Source: Octopus vulgaris (lineage: Eukaryota). From it: DNA of 64,000 nt. Positions 27,992 through 44,571 of this stretch are shown in pieces. A program made the translations under genes and the position numbers. The first letter of the stretch is position 1. Each line of letters starts with the position of its first letter. The stretch is from the NCBI GenBank assembly GCA_951406725.2, contig OX597841.1, positions 15,376,001 to 15,440,000 on the forward strand. Reading direction: 5' to 3'. The notes below the pieces were generated by a model. The model worked only from the letters and a program-made list of their open reading frames with translations. It had not been told where the DNA came from and did not search any database.

Positions 27992-28326
27992 TATATATAC
28001 GTACATATATGTATGTATGTATACACATATATGTGAAGCATATATGCGCACAGATACACACAACAGACGTACTTATACATACATGAATACTCAATTAAAC
28101 TTACACATATAAACATTGATACAAACATAGGTAGATACATACATATACATACACACATGTATATATATGTTTTAACAAACATATACGTATACACACTTAG
28201 ACATACACATACTTGTATATGTGTGTATATATATATACGCATGTATAAATATATATGCATATATATATGTATATATATATATATATATATTTTTATCTAT
28301 CGGTCAATCTATCTATCTATCTATCT

Positions 28327-28371
<45 letters not shown>

Positions 28372-28949
28372 CATATATATATATATATACATACAAAACC
28401 ACATGCGCATATATATCGATAAAGGCGTAGACATATATTTATGTAAGTACCCATATATACATACATACCTATATATATATATATATATATATAATTACTT
28501 ATATATATATATATATGTGTGTGTATATATAAATGCATATATAGATATATTTACTTATATATGTGCATATATAAATGTATATATATATCTATATGGATGG
28601 TTATATATATGTATATATATATATATAGATATATATAGATATATATATATTCTTATATATATATATTCTTACATACATACCTATATATATATACGTTGAA
28701 ACATATGTACACACATACATTACCCCATATACTAGCATGCATGCACATATACATGCATATATACATACATGCCTATATACACACAAGGAAGACATCAATT
28801 TTATATGACAAGATAAACAGTATCAAGAACATAAATAGCAAAAAATTCTTGAAAATAATACAAAAAAAAAAACGATAGAGCGGGAGTGAGAGAGAGAGAG
28901 AGAGAAAGAGAGAGAAAGAGAGAGAGACAGAAACGTTAAAGATATCAAC

Positions 28950-29680
28950 ACACATACATACATACATATATACATGCAGGTATGCATACATACATACGTA
29001 CATACATACATACATACATACATATATACATGCAGGTATGCATACATACATACGTACATACATACATACATACATATATACATGCAGGTATGCATACATA
29101 CATACGTACATATATACATACATACATACATACATACATGCGTACATACATACATACGTACATATATACATACATACATACATTCATGCATACATACATA
29201 CATACATACATACATTCATACATTCATACATACATACATACATACATACATACATTCATACATACACACATACATACATACATACATACATACATACACA
29301 TGCATACATACATACACACACACACGCTCACATACACACATACATACATACATACATGCATGCATACATACACACATACATACATACATACATACATACA
29401 TACATGCATGCATGCATACATACATACATACATACATACATACATACACACACGCTCACATACATACATACATACATACATACATACACATATACATACA
29501 TACATACATACATACACATATACATGCAAACATACATACATACATGCATACATCATACATACATACATCCGTACATACATCCGTACATACACACACACAT
29601 ACATTCATACATACATACATACATACACATATACATACATACAAACATTCATACATACATACATACACGCACACATACAA
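28950..29680. repeat. (CATA)n microsatellite with variant units
   Basis: Direct inspection. Confidence 0.95.
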
Positions 29681-29874
29681 ACTACACATTTGAAGCGCGC
29701 AAGCGAGAGTGATGAAATATGTTATATACGCCATTTTAAATTTCAATTTCCAACACAAATCATATTAGGAAAGAAGACATTTAACAAAAATTATTGCTTA
29801 ACTTGTGTCTCTGGTGAGTGAAATGTGTGTTTATCGAGGTGTGTAAGTCGATAAACACATATACATACACATAG

Positions 29875-29980
<106 letters not shown>

Positions 29981-30105
29981 GTATATATATATATGTATAT
30001 ATATATATGTATATATGTGCGTATATATGTGTGTATATACGTGTGTATAGCTGTATATACGTGTGGATGAGATGTGTAATATAGATAAAAGTAAATGATA
30101 AATTC

Positions 30106-30152
<47 letters not shown>

Positions 30153-30211
30153 AGCATTAGAGAGGATGTCATTTTTTCCGCTAAAAAAAGGAATTATATA
30201 AATAATAATAA

Positions 30212-30254
<43 letters not shown>

Positions 30255-30615
30255 GGTGGTGGTAAGGCACTAATTTCGTTTTTTTTTTCTTTAATTTCCA
30301 AAACGAGGCTCTTAAATAACTGATGCGACGATAGGACATGATATCATGTACGTTATGAAATGTTATGTTAGGATATTTGGAAAGCAATTTGATATCATAC
30401 GAAATCGTAACGAGGTTTATCACTATCATCATCATCATCATCATCATCATCTGCAGCAGCTGTTACACCACCACCACAACCACCATTACCACCATCACCA
30501 CCACCACTACCACCGGCACCATCATCATCGTTGTCATCATCATCACCATCATCGTCATCATCATCACTATTTTTATAGAGTGAGAGCGCAGCGCATGCCA
30601 TCAAAGTGACCAGTG

Positions 30616-31385
30616 ATCCGTTTGTCTGTCCATGTTTGTCCCCTCTGTTTTTAGCCCCTTGTGGGCAGTAAAGAAATAGGTACTTCGTCTGTCTTCATGT
30701 TCTGGGTTCAAATTCCGCCGAGGTCGACTTTGCCTTTCATCCTTTTGGCGTCGATAAATTAAGTACCAGTTGCGCACTGGAGTCGATATAATCGACTTAA
30801 TCCGTTTGTTTGTCCTTGTTTGTCCCCTCTGTGTTTAGCCCCTTGTGGGTAGTAAAGAAATAGGTATTTCGTCTGCCGTTACGTTCTCAGTTCAAATTCC
30901 GCCGAGGTTGACTTTGCCTTTCATCTTTTCGGGGTCGATAAATTAAGTATCAGTTACGCACTGGGGTCGATATAATCGACTTAATCCGTTTATCTGTCCT
31001 TGCTTGTCCTTTCTGTGTTTAGCCCCTTGTGGGTAGTAAAGAAATAGGTATTTCGTCTGTCTTTATGTTCTGAGTTCAAATTCCGTTGAGGTCGACTTTT
31101 CCTTTCATCCTTTCGGCGTCGATAAATTAAGTATCAGTTACGCACTGGGGTCAATATAATCGACTTGATCCGTGTGTCTGTCCTTGTTGGTCCTCTCTGT
31201 GTTTAGCCCCTTGTGGGTAGTAAAGAAATAGGTATTTCGTCTGCCGCTACGTTCTGAGTTCAAATTCAGTCGAGGTCGACTTTGCGGTTCATCCTTTGTA
31301 CCAGTTTCATATTGGGGTCGATCTAATCAACTGGCCCTCCCTCTCTAGCAATTTCAGCACTTGTGCCTAGAGTAGAAAAGATTAT
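30616..31385 (+). mobile_element. SINE family B head-to-tail multimer, 184-bp period, about 4 units
   Basis: gttcaaattccgccgaggtcgactttgcctttcatcctttcggggtcgataaattaagtaccag recurs, with aattc at 30711, 30895, 31079 and 31263. Confidence 0.9.
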
Positions 31386-31597
31386 AAGCATCAGATTAGA
31401 GGCGGTGTTGTCAGAATTGTTAGAGCGTCGAACAAAATGTGCAGTAGCATTTCTTCCGGTTCATTACGTCTTGTGTTCAAATTTTGCCCAAGTTCGACTT
31501 ATTTTTCCTTTTTTATTTGTTTTCAGGGTCGATGAGTTAAACACTGGGGAGTCTATGTACCCGACAAGGCCTGCCCCGAACTGGGATATGGAAGGGC

Positions 31598-31738
31598 AGT
31601 GTCAGCATACGCGAACGACGTCACCGTCATGGTGTCGGACACCTCCGAAGTGGAGACGTTCGGTTCCGTTCCAGAGGAATAGGGGTTGGCTGCAGAGGCT
31701 AAAATCAATGCCGACAAATCGGCGGGTATGCGGTTGGA
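31598..31738 (+). pseudogene. Tx1/L1-like reverse transcriptase fragment (second subfamily), with in-frame stop
   Basis: VSAYANDVTVMVSDTSEVETFGSVPEE*GLAAEAKINADKSAGMRL aligns by eye with VSAYADDVTVIVSS...GAKINPKKLVGLRL at about 62420-62285. Confidence 0.7.
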
Positions 31739-31825
31739 CTCCTTGTTCCTTCCTTCTGGAGCCATGCCAGGCTCATAAGGGGATAGTTTCCCGGTTTCAG
31801 TGGCGTAGAAATTGTATATTTATAT

Positions 31826-32066
31826 AATTTGAACTCAGAACGTAGCGGCAGATGAAATACCTATTTCTTTATTACCCACATATATATACAAACGGATTAA
31901 TTCGATTATATCGACCCCAGTGCGTAACTGGTACTTATTTAATCGACCCCGAAAGGATGAAAGGCAAAGTCGACCTCGGCGGAATTTGAACTCACAACGT
32001 AACGGCAGACGAAATACGGCTACGCATTTCGCCCGGCGTGCTAACGATTCTGCCAGCTCGCCCGCT
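31826..32066 (-). mobile_element. SINE family B with head
   Basis: Minus strand gggcgagctggcagaatcgttagcacgccgggcgaaatgc...gagttcaaattccgccgagg. Confidence 0.85.
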
Positions 32067-32508
32067 TAAGCGCTTGTAATGATGATAATGGTGATAATGC
32101 GAGTGAACTATCAACATGATAATGTTTGCAAGATTATGTTAGATAAACAGCGATAGTATTAAATAGGTTTTGTTATACAGCCGTAATTACATATGCGTAT
32201 ATGTGTACGTGCGGTTTTTGTGTGCGCATATATGCAAGCACCTGCGTATGCGGATACGCAGGTGAATAAATTTTATGTATGTATGTGCTTCAGTGTGTAT
32301 GTGTATATGTATGTATTTGTTTATAAGCAAATATATACGCATACATACATCCATATGTATATGCACATATATATGTCTGTATACATTTATATATATATAT
32401 ATATGTATGTATGTTTGTGTATATAGATATATATATGTATGTTTGTGTGTATGTGTGTATGTATATATACAAAAATATATACATATACATATATACATAC
32501 ATACATAG

Positions 32509-32539
<31 letters not shown>

Positions 32540-32541
32540 CA

Positions 32542-32579
<38 letters not shown>

Positions 32580-33243
32580 TGTATGCATATGTGTGCTGAA
32601 GAGGGAGAATGAGAGAGAGACAGAGAGAAAGAGAGAAAGATGAAGTCAAAACTATATTTACACTCATAAGAATAACACGGTACTACACGCACATATATAT
32701 AAATGTATATATCTATATATATATATATACATATATATATACATATATATATACGTATATATCTATATATATATATATATATATATATAGGTAAACAGTA
32801 AAAATAATTACAGACATATATATATATATATACATATATACATATATATATGTATATATGTATATATGTGTATGCATGTCTGTGTGTCCCCATATATAAT
32901 TATACGTATATCCTCACCTCTACCCCGACCCCTCTCTCTCCGTCTCCCTGATTCACTCTCTAAACCTAACAGCTTCTAATTAATCGATCGCGCCAACCAA
33001 TGATGGATAGTTAGATGAACTATATCGATGCCTATTTCATATATCGATCAGCGAATAAATCACCCAGAGAGTCTCTTCGATAACCGCCTCTCTTGCTCTC
33101 CCTCTCCCCTTACTCCCCCCAATACACTCAGCCCTTCTCGTACATCTCCCCCCCACACACACACACACGTCTCTGCTACCTGCATAAAAAGCAACAGTCT
33201 GGGATTCGTACACACACACATATACGTACACACATACACACAC

Positions 33244-33292
<49 letters not shown>

Positions 33293-33444
33293 CATATATA
33301 TATATATGTATATATATATGTTTATATATGTATATATATGGTCATCTCTTTATCTCTGTCTGCCTACAAACTCACACATACACACACACATGTATACACA
33401 TAACTACATATGTTTTTACGTATACATGTGTGTATATATGCATG

Positions 33445-33501
<57 letters not shown>

Positions 33502-33558
33502 ATGTTTACAGACTGTATGAGAATGTGTATGAGCTGTATCCATATGTTTACACATGAG

Positions 33559-33593
<35 letters not shown>

Positions 33594-33861
33594 ATATATA
33601 TATGTGTATATAAATAGAGAGAGGAGGAGAGTGACAGAGAGAGAGAGAGGGGGGCTGTTTGTTGATATTTTTTAGGTCTATACACAAAATTATGTATACA
33701 CTCGTATCTCACAGGTGTGTTCAGTCACACATATATACACAATATTTTTAACCTTGTCCATATTTTTAAACATACCGTACACAATTTACATAGACATTTT
33801 TATAAATATACATACGTATATATATATATATATGGATATATATATATACATATGTATATGC

Positions 33862-33900
<39 letters not shown>

Positions 33901-33980
33901 CTTGTGTGTGAGTGTGTGTAAATATATATACTTATACATATATATACGAACGACCATATACACACACATATATAGATATG

Positions 33981-34031
<51 letters not shown>

Positions 34032-34416
34032 TCGTATATGTGATAAAGATTAAGCAGTGTCCCATCAAACATTAGGAAATATTCTGACGGACGCACACTA
34101 TCAGACATGAGACCCGGTGCACACACCTACAGCCACATTCCCGCTCATACACAAACGCCCACCCACACACACAAACACACACACACACACACATACACAC
34201 ACACACACAAACACACGCGCACACTCATATCAACATACAGACAGACACACGTTAATTTTATGTCCTGCAATAAATTGTAAGTGAATCTCACTTAATAGAA
34301 TAAGTGATGTGAGTAAAATTTAGACATCTGCGTATTCATTGCTAGAGTGCATGCGACCCGACGCGCCGATCATTGAACACTTATGTGTATATATATATAT
34401 ACATGCATATACATAC

Positions 34417-34477
<61 letters not shown>

Positions 34478-34547
34478 CATATATATATGTATATATATAT
34501 ATGATATGCATATATGAAATATGTATATATAACATACATATATATAC

Positions 34548-34588
<41 letters not shown>

Positions 34589-34715
34589 CATTTATATTTA
34601 CATACATAGTATAAATATTTATATATAACTTTTATTACCTTCCATATGCAAGCATGCACATTTATATTGCATTGCAGACAGACACAAACATATTCATAAA
34701 TACACATACACACAC

Positions 34716-34760
<45 letters not shown>

Positions 34761-35558
34761 TACATACATGCACACACACATATCTGCATATAAATTTGTA
34801 TATACATGTGTATCTATATATAGAAAAAATACATATATGTATATATGTATCTATCTACATATGTATGTGTGTGAGTGTGTGTTTGTTGTAGATATTAGGT
34901 GGTGAACGACTCCACCTCTTTTTCTAGCTTACTTTAGTATTTACCTGATGATGGCGCAATTTTGCTATGATATAATGTACGAAAGCATCAGTAAAATACT
35001 CTCGAAACAGCTGTTGTGTATTTTAAACCCGCTTGTGTTCTTATTCTTATATGCATATATTTGTGTGTGTGTGTGTATACAAATTATAAAATTTTATAAA
35101 CATAATAAGGGCAACTACCAAGTAATGCCACATGCTAGAAGAAGACGCCAAATGACTCTAAAACCACTTTATATTATTACAAACACACGGCCTGAAATCG
35201 AAGGAATGAACAAAAATGTCTTTTGAAAAAGCTTAACCATAGAACGATTTCTGATTTAGTGATGCATGACTTAAACAAAAGAACATAATTATAAACATTT
35301 ATATACACACCGTACGAACACAATGCATCCATAGTGCATATACACAGGTTCTCACTTAAAAACGAGTTAAAAATCTAGGTCCTTCGTCTCCTATAATAAG
35401 TTGCCCTTATTATAATTTTTAAATTAAATTTATCAAATTATATACTTTGTATACATTTTTACCTTAATTGTTATTTTCTTTACATGCTGGCTTCTTGATA
35501 AAATCCTATATATATTTTATTCTTGATTCTAATTGATATATATATATATATATATTTT

Positions 35559-35599
<41 letters not shown>

Positions 35600-35771
35600 T
35601 ATATATATATATAATTTATATTATTATTTAATAGAATACCTTACATCCGTTTCCAACTAAGTTTATCTTAATCTTTCTGATGCGACTCTACTCTATACTG
35701 TTTTCTCTCCCATCGTTTTCTCTCGCACTCTTTTTCTCTATTTCCCTTCTTCTCCCCCTCACCGTTTTCTA

Positions 35772-35821
<50 letters not shown>

Positions 35822-35914
35822 CGCTTCTTTCTCCGTCTCTCTCTCTCGTTACTCACACGTGACCATCGTCCATCTGTTTTTTCCACAAGTGATCAGCTTT
35901 CTGTTTCTTCAGGA

Positions 35915-35973
35915 CCGAACCCGGAACCATGTGGTTGGGAAGCAAGCTGCTTACCACTCAACCACTCCTGCGC
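35915..35973 (-). mobile_element. SINE family A head fragment
   Basis: gaacccggaaccatgtggttgg...agccactcctgcgc-like sequence. Confidence 0.7.
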
Positions 35974-36037
35974 TTTTATAGATAAATAGATAGATAGATA
36001 GACCTGTGTGACAGAGAAAGACAGGTAACCACATACA

Positions 36038-36049
<12 letters not shown>

Positions 36050-36113
<64 letters not shown>

Positions 36114-36263
36114 AATATATGTATGTACATATATATATGCATATATATATATATACACATATTTATATATATATATGTGCGTGTATGTGTGTGTGTATAT
36201 ATATATATACAGATAGATAGATATATAGATAGATAGATAGATAGATTTCATGTTTGGGTTAAC

Positions 36264-36323
<60 letters not shown>

Positions 36324-36459
36324 AATATATGTATGTACATATATATATGCATATATATATATACACATATTTATATATATATGTGCGTGTATGTGTGTGT
36401 AAATATATATATATATATATACAGATAGATAGATAGATAGATTTCATGTTTGGATTAAC

Positions 36460-36500
<41 letters not shown>
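36050..36500. repeat. Local tandem duplication of about 210 bp of compound microsatellite
   Basis: acaaatatatgtatgtacat...gatagatttcatgtttgg.ttaactatatac occurs at 36111 and 36321. Confidence 0.8.
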
Positions 36501-36522
<22 letters not shown>

Positions 36523-36933
36523 ATATCTATCATTCATATATTTTTCCTAACATTTGGCACTTGTGCGGGTTCTGGATAAGGACTCTCAGAATGTATCTGT
36601 ATTTTGGATTCCATTCTACTTGAGAATTTTGAAATATCTGATATACGTCTAACTTTTAATATCGAGGTTAATTCATGTCAAGCGCCTGATTTCTCGTATA
36701 TATACATACAAGCATGGACACACAGACACACACGCATATGCGCGCGCACACACACACACACAAATGCACACAGGTAGGAAAGTATAGGTTTGCGTGTGTA
36801 TATATATTTGTATATACGTATACATATATATATATATATGTATGGATAAGTGAATGTGTGTTGCACTTCAACTGTTTTCCAAAGCGCTCCAACAGCGGCC
36901 CTCCATCATCTGTGGCATTGTCTGTCACACACG

Positions 36934-37006
<73 letters not shown>

Positions 37007-37011
37007 TTATC

Positions 37012-37097
<86 letters not shown>

Positions 37098-37121
37098 ATA
37101 TCTATCTATCTGTATATCCTA

Positions 37122-37167
<46 letters not shown>

Positions 37168-37586
37168 TATACACACACACATACACACATATATATATAA
37201 ATATGTGTATATATATACATATTTATATATGGAAATGTGTGTGTATGTATATATACACACACATTCATACACACTCATTTTTACGCATATATTTAGAGGA
37301 ATAAAGTCACCCTCACTCTTTCATGAATGAAAGAACGAACCAATAAGATATAAACCACACTTAGGTGCAAAACCCGCCACCCGTATGAACAACCCTCATC
37401 CACCCCTATGTCTTATACCGTACCACTTTAAGCGGGTAAAAGAGTGAAGGTCAGGTGTACTATTATCTCATTTCTTTCATAAGAAATCTTGAAAATGGTG
37501 CTGGAATTCTGTCTCAATTAGTCTGCTAAGTGGAATCACCGAATATTCTCGATCATGCACGCACTTACACGCGTAGGTATACACTC

Positions 37587-37625
<39 letters not shown>

Positions 37626-37643
37626 ATTTATATATAATATGTA

Positions 37644-37801
<158 letters not shown>

Positions 37802-37874
37802 GCAAACATGTATGTATGTGTGAAGGGAAGAGAGAGAATGGCGATCTCCAGATGTAACTTCTTGCCAGTTTGAA

Positions 37875-37893
37875 TATTATTATTGTTGTTGCA

Positions 37894-37938
<45 letters not shown>

Positions 37939-37941
37939 TTA

Positions 37942-37975
<34 letters not shown>

Positions 37976-38001
37976 CATTATTATTATCATTATCGTTATT
38001 A

Positions 38002-38033
<32 letters not shown>

Positions 38034-38082
38034 TTTATCATTATTATTATTATCATTATTATTTTTATCATTATTATTATTA

Positions 38083-38116
<34 letters not shown>

Positions 38117-38445
38117 CATTATTATTATTATTATTTTTATTATTATCATTATTATTATCATTATTATTATCATTATTATTATTATTATTATTATTATCAT
38201 TATTATTATTATCATTATCATTACCATTATTATTATTATTATTATTATTATGATTATTATTATTATTATTTTTATCATTATTATTATTATCGTTATTATT
38301 ATTATTATTATTTTTATCATTATTATTATTATTATTATCATTATTATTATTATTATTATTATTATTTTATTATTATTATTATTATTACCATTATTATCAT
38401 TATTATTATTATTATTAGAAGTAGTAGTAGTAGTAGTAGTAGTTA
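37875..38445. repeat. (ATT/ATC)n microsatellite
   Basis: Direct inspection. Confidence 0.95.
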
Positions 38446-38468
38446 TTGTTTATGTTGTTATTTGTTCA

Positions 38469-38628
38469 GGCGGTGAGCTGGCAGAAACGTTAGCACACGG
38501 GCCGAAATGCTGAGCGGTATTTCCTCTGCCGTTAAGTTCTGAGTTCAAATTCCGCTACTATAGCATCGGGCCGACCAAAGCCTTGTTAGTGGATTAGGTA
38601 GACGGAAACTGAAAGAAGCCCGTCGTAT
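38469..38628 (+). mobile_element. Chimeric SINE: family B head fused to family A body
   Basis: ggcggtgagctggcagaaacgttagc...gagttcaaattccg runs directly into ctactatagcatcgggccgaccaaagccttg...gaagcccgtcgtata. Confidence 0.75.
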
Positions 38629-38734
38629 ATAAATTCTTATGTATGTGTGTGCGTGCGCGTCTTCTCTCTCTATCCAAGCTAACCCATCCTTTCACACAAA
38701 CCTTGTGTCTAGTCACAAATCCCAAAGCACGAAG

Positions 38735-39140
38735 CCACCACACCACCACCACCACCACCGCCGTTCTGTCACCCCTCCCCCCTCTCCACTACCACCAACA
38801 CCACCACCACCACCACCACCAACACCACCACAGATGCCACCACCACGAACACCACCTCCACAACCAACACCACCACCACCACCACCTCCACCACCACCAC
38901 CACCACCACCATCACCACTAACACCACCACCCCCACACCACCACAGACGCCACCACCACCACCACCACAGACGCCACCACCACCACAGACGCCACCACAA
39001 CCACCACCACCACCACCACAGAGGCCACCACCACCACAGAGGCCACCACCACCACAGACGCCACCACCACCACCACCACTAACACCACCACCACAACCAC
39101 CACCACCATCATCACTACCACGACGACCACCACCACCACA
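38735..39140. repeat. (CCA)n-rich low-complexity tract
   Basis: Direct inspection. Confidence 0.9.
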
Positions 39141-39539
39141 GACGGTCTCCACGGTATTCCTTTCACACACCATTCTTCCAGAACCATGTCTTGAAATGTG
39201 ACACCAGTATGGAACATGGGATGGTTTCGAAGCGGGACACGGATTTCAGGGGAAGGTACAAGAAGGGGACACACACACACACAGTGGGGCGGGGTGTATG
39301 TGTGTGGAGTGGTCGGGGTGGCGGGGAGTCAGACGAAGACAAAATAAAATTAGGAACTTAAAACTAAAACATCTGCCTCTACCTACCTTCATCCATCTTT
39401 TTGTTTCTTTCTTTCTTTCTTGCTTACTTTCATTCTTTCATTCTTTCTTTCTTTCTTACTTTCATTCTTTCTTTCTTTCTCTCTCTCTATCCACCCATCC
39501 ATCCATCTATCTATGTATCTATGTATCTATGTATGTATG

Positions 39540-39658
<119 letters not shown>

Positions 39659-39788
39659 TTATCTACATTTCTACTTGGGTTGTGTAGTAGTATAGTCTGT
39701 TTCATATTGCTTGTATCCCTTCTGTATAAACATCTATGTCTATATATTTGTACATATATATATATATATATATTTATTATATAGAAGG

Positions 39789-39839
39789 AGCTTCTACAGG
39801 ACTAGTACTGTTTCATTCAAGAGAAATCTTCAGGAAGCT
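39789..39839 (-). ncRNA. Degenerate hammerhead-like motif
   Basis: Minus strand agcttc-CTGAAGA-tttc tctt gaat-GAAAC-agtacta-GTC-ctgta-gaagct. Core is recognisable, but the stem I register is shifted. Confidence 0.4.
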
Positions 39840-40908
39840 ATTTAACAAGAATTGTATTAGCATTTATACATTTAGGCAGGTTTAAAGGAGTGGTGGTGGG
39901 GGACTTTTTGGGGGTAGGCATAGCGCAAAATATCATACTTGGGGGAGTGGTCAAGGAGTCAGTGGTAAGTTAGATGAAAGAATAGATAAATAAAAAAATA
40001 AAAAAATAAAAAATATATATAAAAGAATATATATATAAAAATATATATATAAAAAAAGGGGGGATAGAGTTATAGGTAAATAAGGAGATTCTCACTTATA
40101 CCTATACACACATGTATACGTATCTACACACACATATATATATACACATATATATATACACACATATACACATATATATATATATATATATATACACATA
40201 CATATATACACACATACATACATATCTACATACACACATACATACACCCGCCCACATATACAAATTTATACACATGCACATGCCTATACCTGTCTACACA
40301 TACACACACGTATATATGCATACACTCACTCCCATGCATGCACGCATACACACATGTATATATATATATATATATATATATACCCACGACCACACATACA
40401 TATATACACATAAAAATATATCTTCATACGCACATACACTCATGCACACACAACACACCTAGTTCCCTATATACACATATTTACACCTATATATACATAC
40501 ACCCACATACACCTATGTACATATATATATATATATAAACATATACACGCATACACACATATACATGTGTGCACATACATACATACACACATATATATAT
40601 ACATACACATACGCATACACATGTGTACCTATACATACCTACACATACACACATACATACATACAAATATACATATACATATATATATATACAATCCAAT
40701 ACAGGCCCATTCCCTAATTTTAATTTTATTATCTTCATTTATTACTTTTGTTATCTTTGATCGCTAGAGCTAAGAATCCTGGCAATGGCTGCATGTCCAT
40801 TTGTCTGTCTACTAGAAGGCAAGTACTCATTCCCGCACGCACACTCATTACTCTGCTATGTACTGAGTACCTTACTGACTGTGGTTAACCCCGAATCAAC
40901 CCGGGACC

Positions 40909-40966
<58 letters not shown>

Positions 40967-41532
40967 ATGTTATTTACTCCATATAGAAAACATATACTAA
41001 ACTTTATTCTAAAAACTAATAAAGTACAATAAATAGTAAATAGTAGTAAAAAGACTACGCGCGTTTCATGGCTATATATTCCCTACTATTATTATTATTA
41101 TTATATTTATATATAACTCGACATAGAACGAAAATAATATATACGTATAAATCTTTATGAAGCGATGAAGATGAGAAGATTCACTCCTCCACCACCTCAA
41201 GCTACTTCCCTTCCGTACGAGGTGAATATATGCCTCACAAAAGTGCTTGTATGTTCTGTACACTGACTTAACATTAGGCCATTGGTTTTTACATATTTAT
41301 ACACATTTATATAAATGCTGTAATATTTCACCTTAAATTGACACTTGATTACATTCGCATCAACTCCATCGCTTTAGATGTTACCCTCAAGACATTATGC
41401 AAGTCACGTTGTATAACGTTTCTTAATGATTAGCACATGATAATCTGTAGGTAGCTATAAAAAACATGTTTTTCTCGTTAGAGTAAAATTCAGCTGCCAT
41501 TGCGTACGTACACATATATACAAGCACGCACA

Positions 41533-41572
<40 letters not shown>

Positions 41573-41639
41573 TATAAGCATTAAAGCTAAAAGGTAAGAT
41601 CCATTATGTAAGTGCATTTAAACGTGTATTTCGAAAGCG

Positions 41640-41860
41640 GCTACAAATGCCGTCGCTAGCACATCGGTAAAGATGCCTAGCTGAGTGTACTTCCGGCTCT
41701 TTCCGTTCTGAGTTCTAATTGCGCCAAAGTCGATTCTGGTTTTATGCTTTGTGGAAAGATGAAACAAACCACCGGTTGGCCCCTGAGTGCAAAGTAACGC
41801 AATAAACCCAATCCTGACCCTCTCTCAAAATTTTCGGTCCTGCGTTGATAGTAGAAAAAA
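41640..41860 (+). mobile_element. Old SINE family B copy
   Basis: cgttctgagttctaattgcgccaaagtcgatt...tagtagaaaa; diverged match to family B. Confidence 0.55.
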
Positions 41861-41866
41861 GAGCTA

Positions 41867-42340
<474 letters not shown>

Positions 42341-42829
42341 GTTCCAAATGTTGGTAGAAATTGCCGGCCTTGTGCCAAAATTCCAAAGCAATGTCCAGTA
42401 TAGCTACAAGACCTCCATGTGCAGCCAGCAGCACCAAAGACAGCCGCAGCAGCAGCAGCAGCAGAGTAATATCACCACTAACGACCACCACCCCTCATTC
42501 CAGCTTTCCACCACTTCCAGATTTCAACGACACCCACAAAAACCATCAAGGAAGCATCAACACACACCCCCAGCACCAAACATCAACACTTCCACCGCCG
42601 CCACCACAACCACCGCCACCACCACCACCGCCGCCGCCGTCACCACCACCACCACCACCACCGCTGCCGCCACCACCACCACCCACCATTAATTAATTAG
42701 AAAACAAAACGAACGGAACGGAATCCTCGTCGTGTGTTTACTCGGTTCCTGCAATGTCTTCGGCGAGTGGATCTTTATCTGAGAGAAACACCCCCAACGC
42801 CATTCTTGGAGAGGGCGCCTCGGCTTAGT

Positions 42830-43059
42830 AACGACGACGGCGACGACGATGATGATGATGATGATGGTGGTGATTATGATGATAATGACGGTGATGATGA
42901 TGATGATGAAGACGATGATGATGATGATAATGGCGGTGATGACGATGATGGTGGTGATGATGATGATGATGGTGGTGATGACGATGATGGTGGTGATGAT
43001 GATGATGATGACGGTGATGATGATGATGATGAAGACGATGATGATGATGATAATGGCGG

Positions 43060-43091
<32 letters not shown>

Positions 43092-43141
43092 GTGGTGATG
43101 ACGATGATGGTGGTGATGATGATGATGATGACGGTGATGAC

Positions 43142-43178
<37 letters not shown>

Positions 43179-43390
43179 GTGATGGTGATGGTGATAATGG
43201 TGATGATGTTGATAGTGATGATGGTGATGATGATGGTGATGATGATGGTGAAAAGGATGATGATGACGACGACGACGGCGATGTTGACGATGATGACGAT
43301 GATGATTATGATGATGAAGATCATAATCATGCTGCCCCTGCAGTTGCTGCTGCTGGTGATAATGATGGTGATGATGATGGTGATGGTTTT
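42830..43390. repeat. (GAT/GGT/GAC)n microsatellite
   Basis: Direct inspection; source of the poly-D and poly-M pseudo-ORFs. Confidence 0.95.
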
Positions 43391-43660
43391 CTGTCCCCTT
43401 TCTTCAATTTTTTTCTTATTTTCCAAGCAATTCTATTTTTTAGTTTTCTTTTTTTTTTTTAAACTTTTACTGTTTTAACTTTCTCTTTTGATGAGAGATT
43501 CGCTGGTGATGGGCAAGGCGAGATTTGTTATTGTATTTACGACTGTCGGTGTTGACATTCAGCATGTCTTTCGTAATAAGCATCTGAGGAACAGCCGTGC
43601 CACACCCTCCTCACTTCTTACTCCCGATAATTGGCTACACACACGCACACACACACACAA

Positions 43661-43789
<129 letters not shown>

Positions 43790-43894
43790 ACACGCACACA
43801 CACACAAACATATATATATGTATACACACACATGCACACAGAGGAACACACACTCTCACATGTGTATGCATATATATAAACATATATATATATG

Positions 43895-43948
<54 letters not shown>

Positions 43949-44085
43949 CGTCTACACCCTGACACACGTAGACACGCGCGGGAGCATTCTCGGATAGACA
44001 AACATCTGTGTATGTATACACCACTGTATATACAGAAATATGAGCATCTGTACGGCAGATATGCATACATGTACATGTATATATA

Positions 44086-44138
<53 letters not shown>

Positions 44139-44495
44139 GCATATATATACATATATATATATGTATGTCTGTATGTATGTATGTATATATATATATATAT
44201 GTACATATATATATATGTGTGTGTATATATATGCATATATATATATATACATATATATACATATATATATATGTATGTCTGTGTATGTATGTATGTATAT
44301 ATATATATATGTACATATATATATATATTTGTGTATATATATGCATATATATATATACATATATATATATGTATATATATACATATACATATCTATCTAT
44401 ATATGCATCTATATATACGCAAATATATGCATATATATATATGTATATATATGTATATATATATATATGAATATATATGTATATATATATGTGTG

Positions 44496-44571
<76 letters not shown>

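Noticed and set aside
42689-43478. Acidic poly-Asp protein (242 aa)
   Set aside because: A (GAT)n microsatellite open in several frames, with no splice or domain support.
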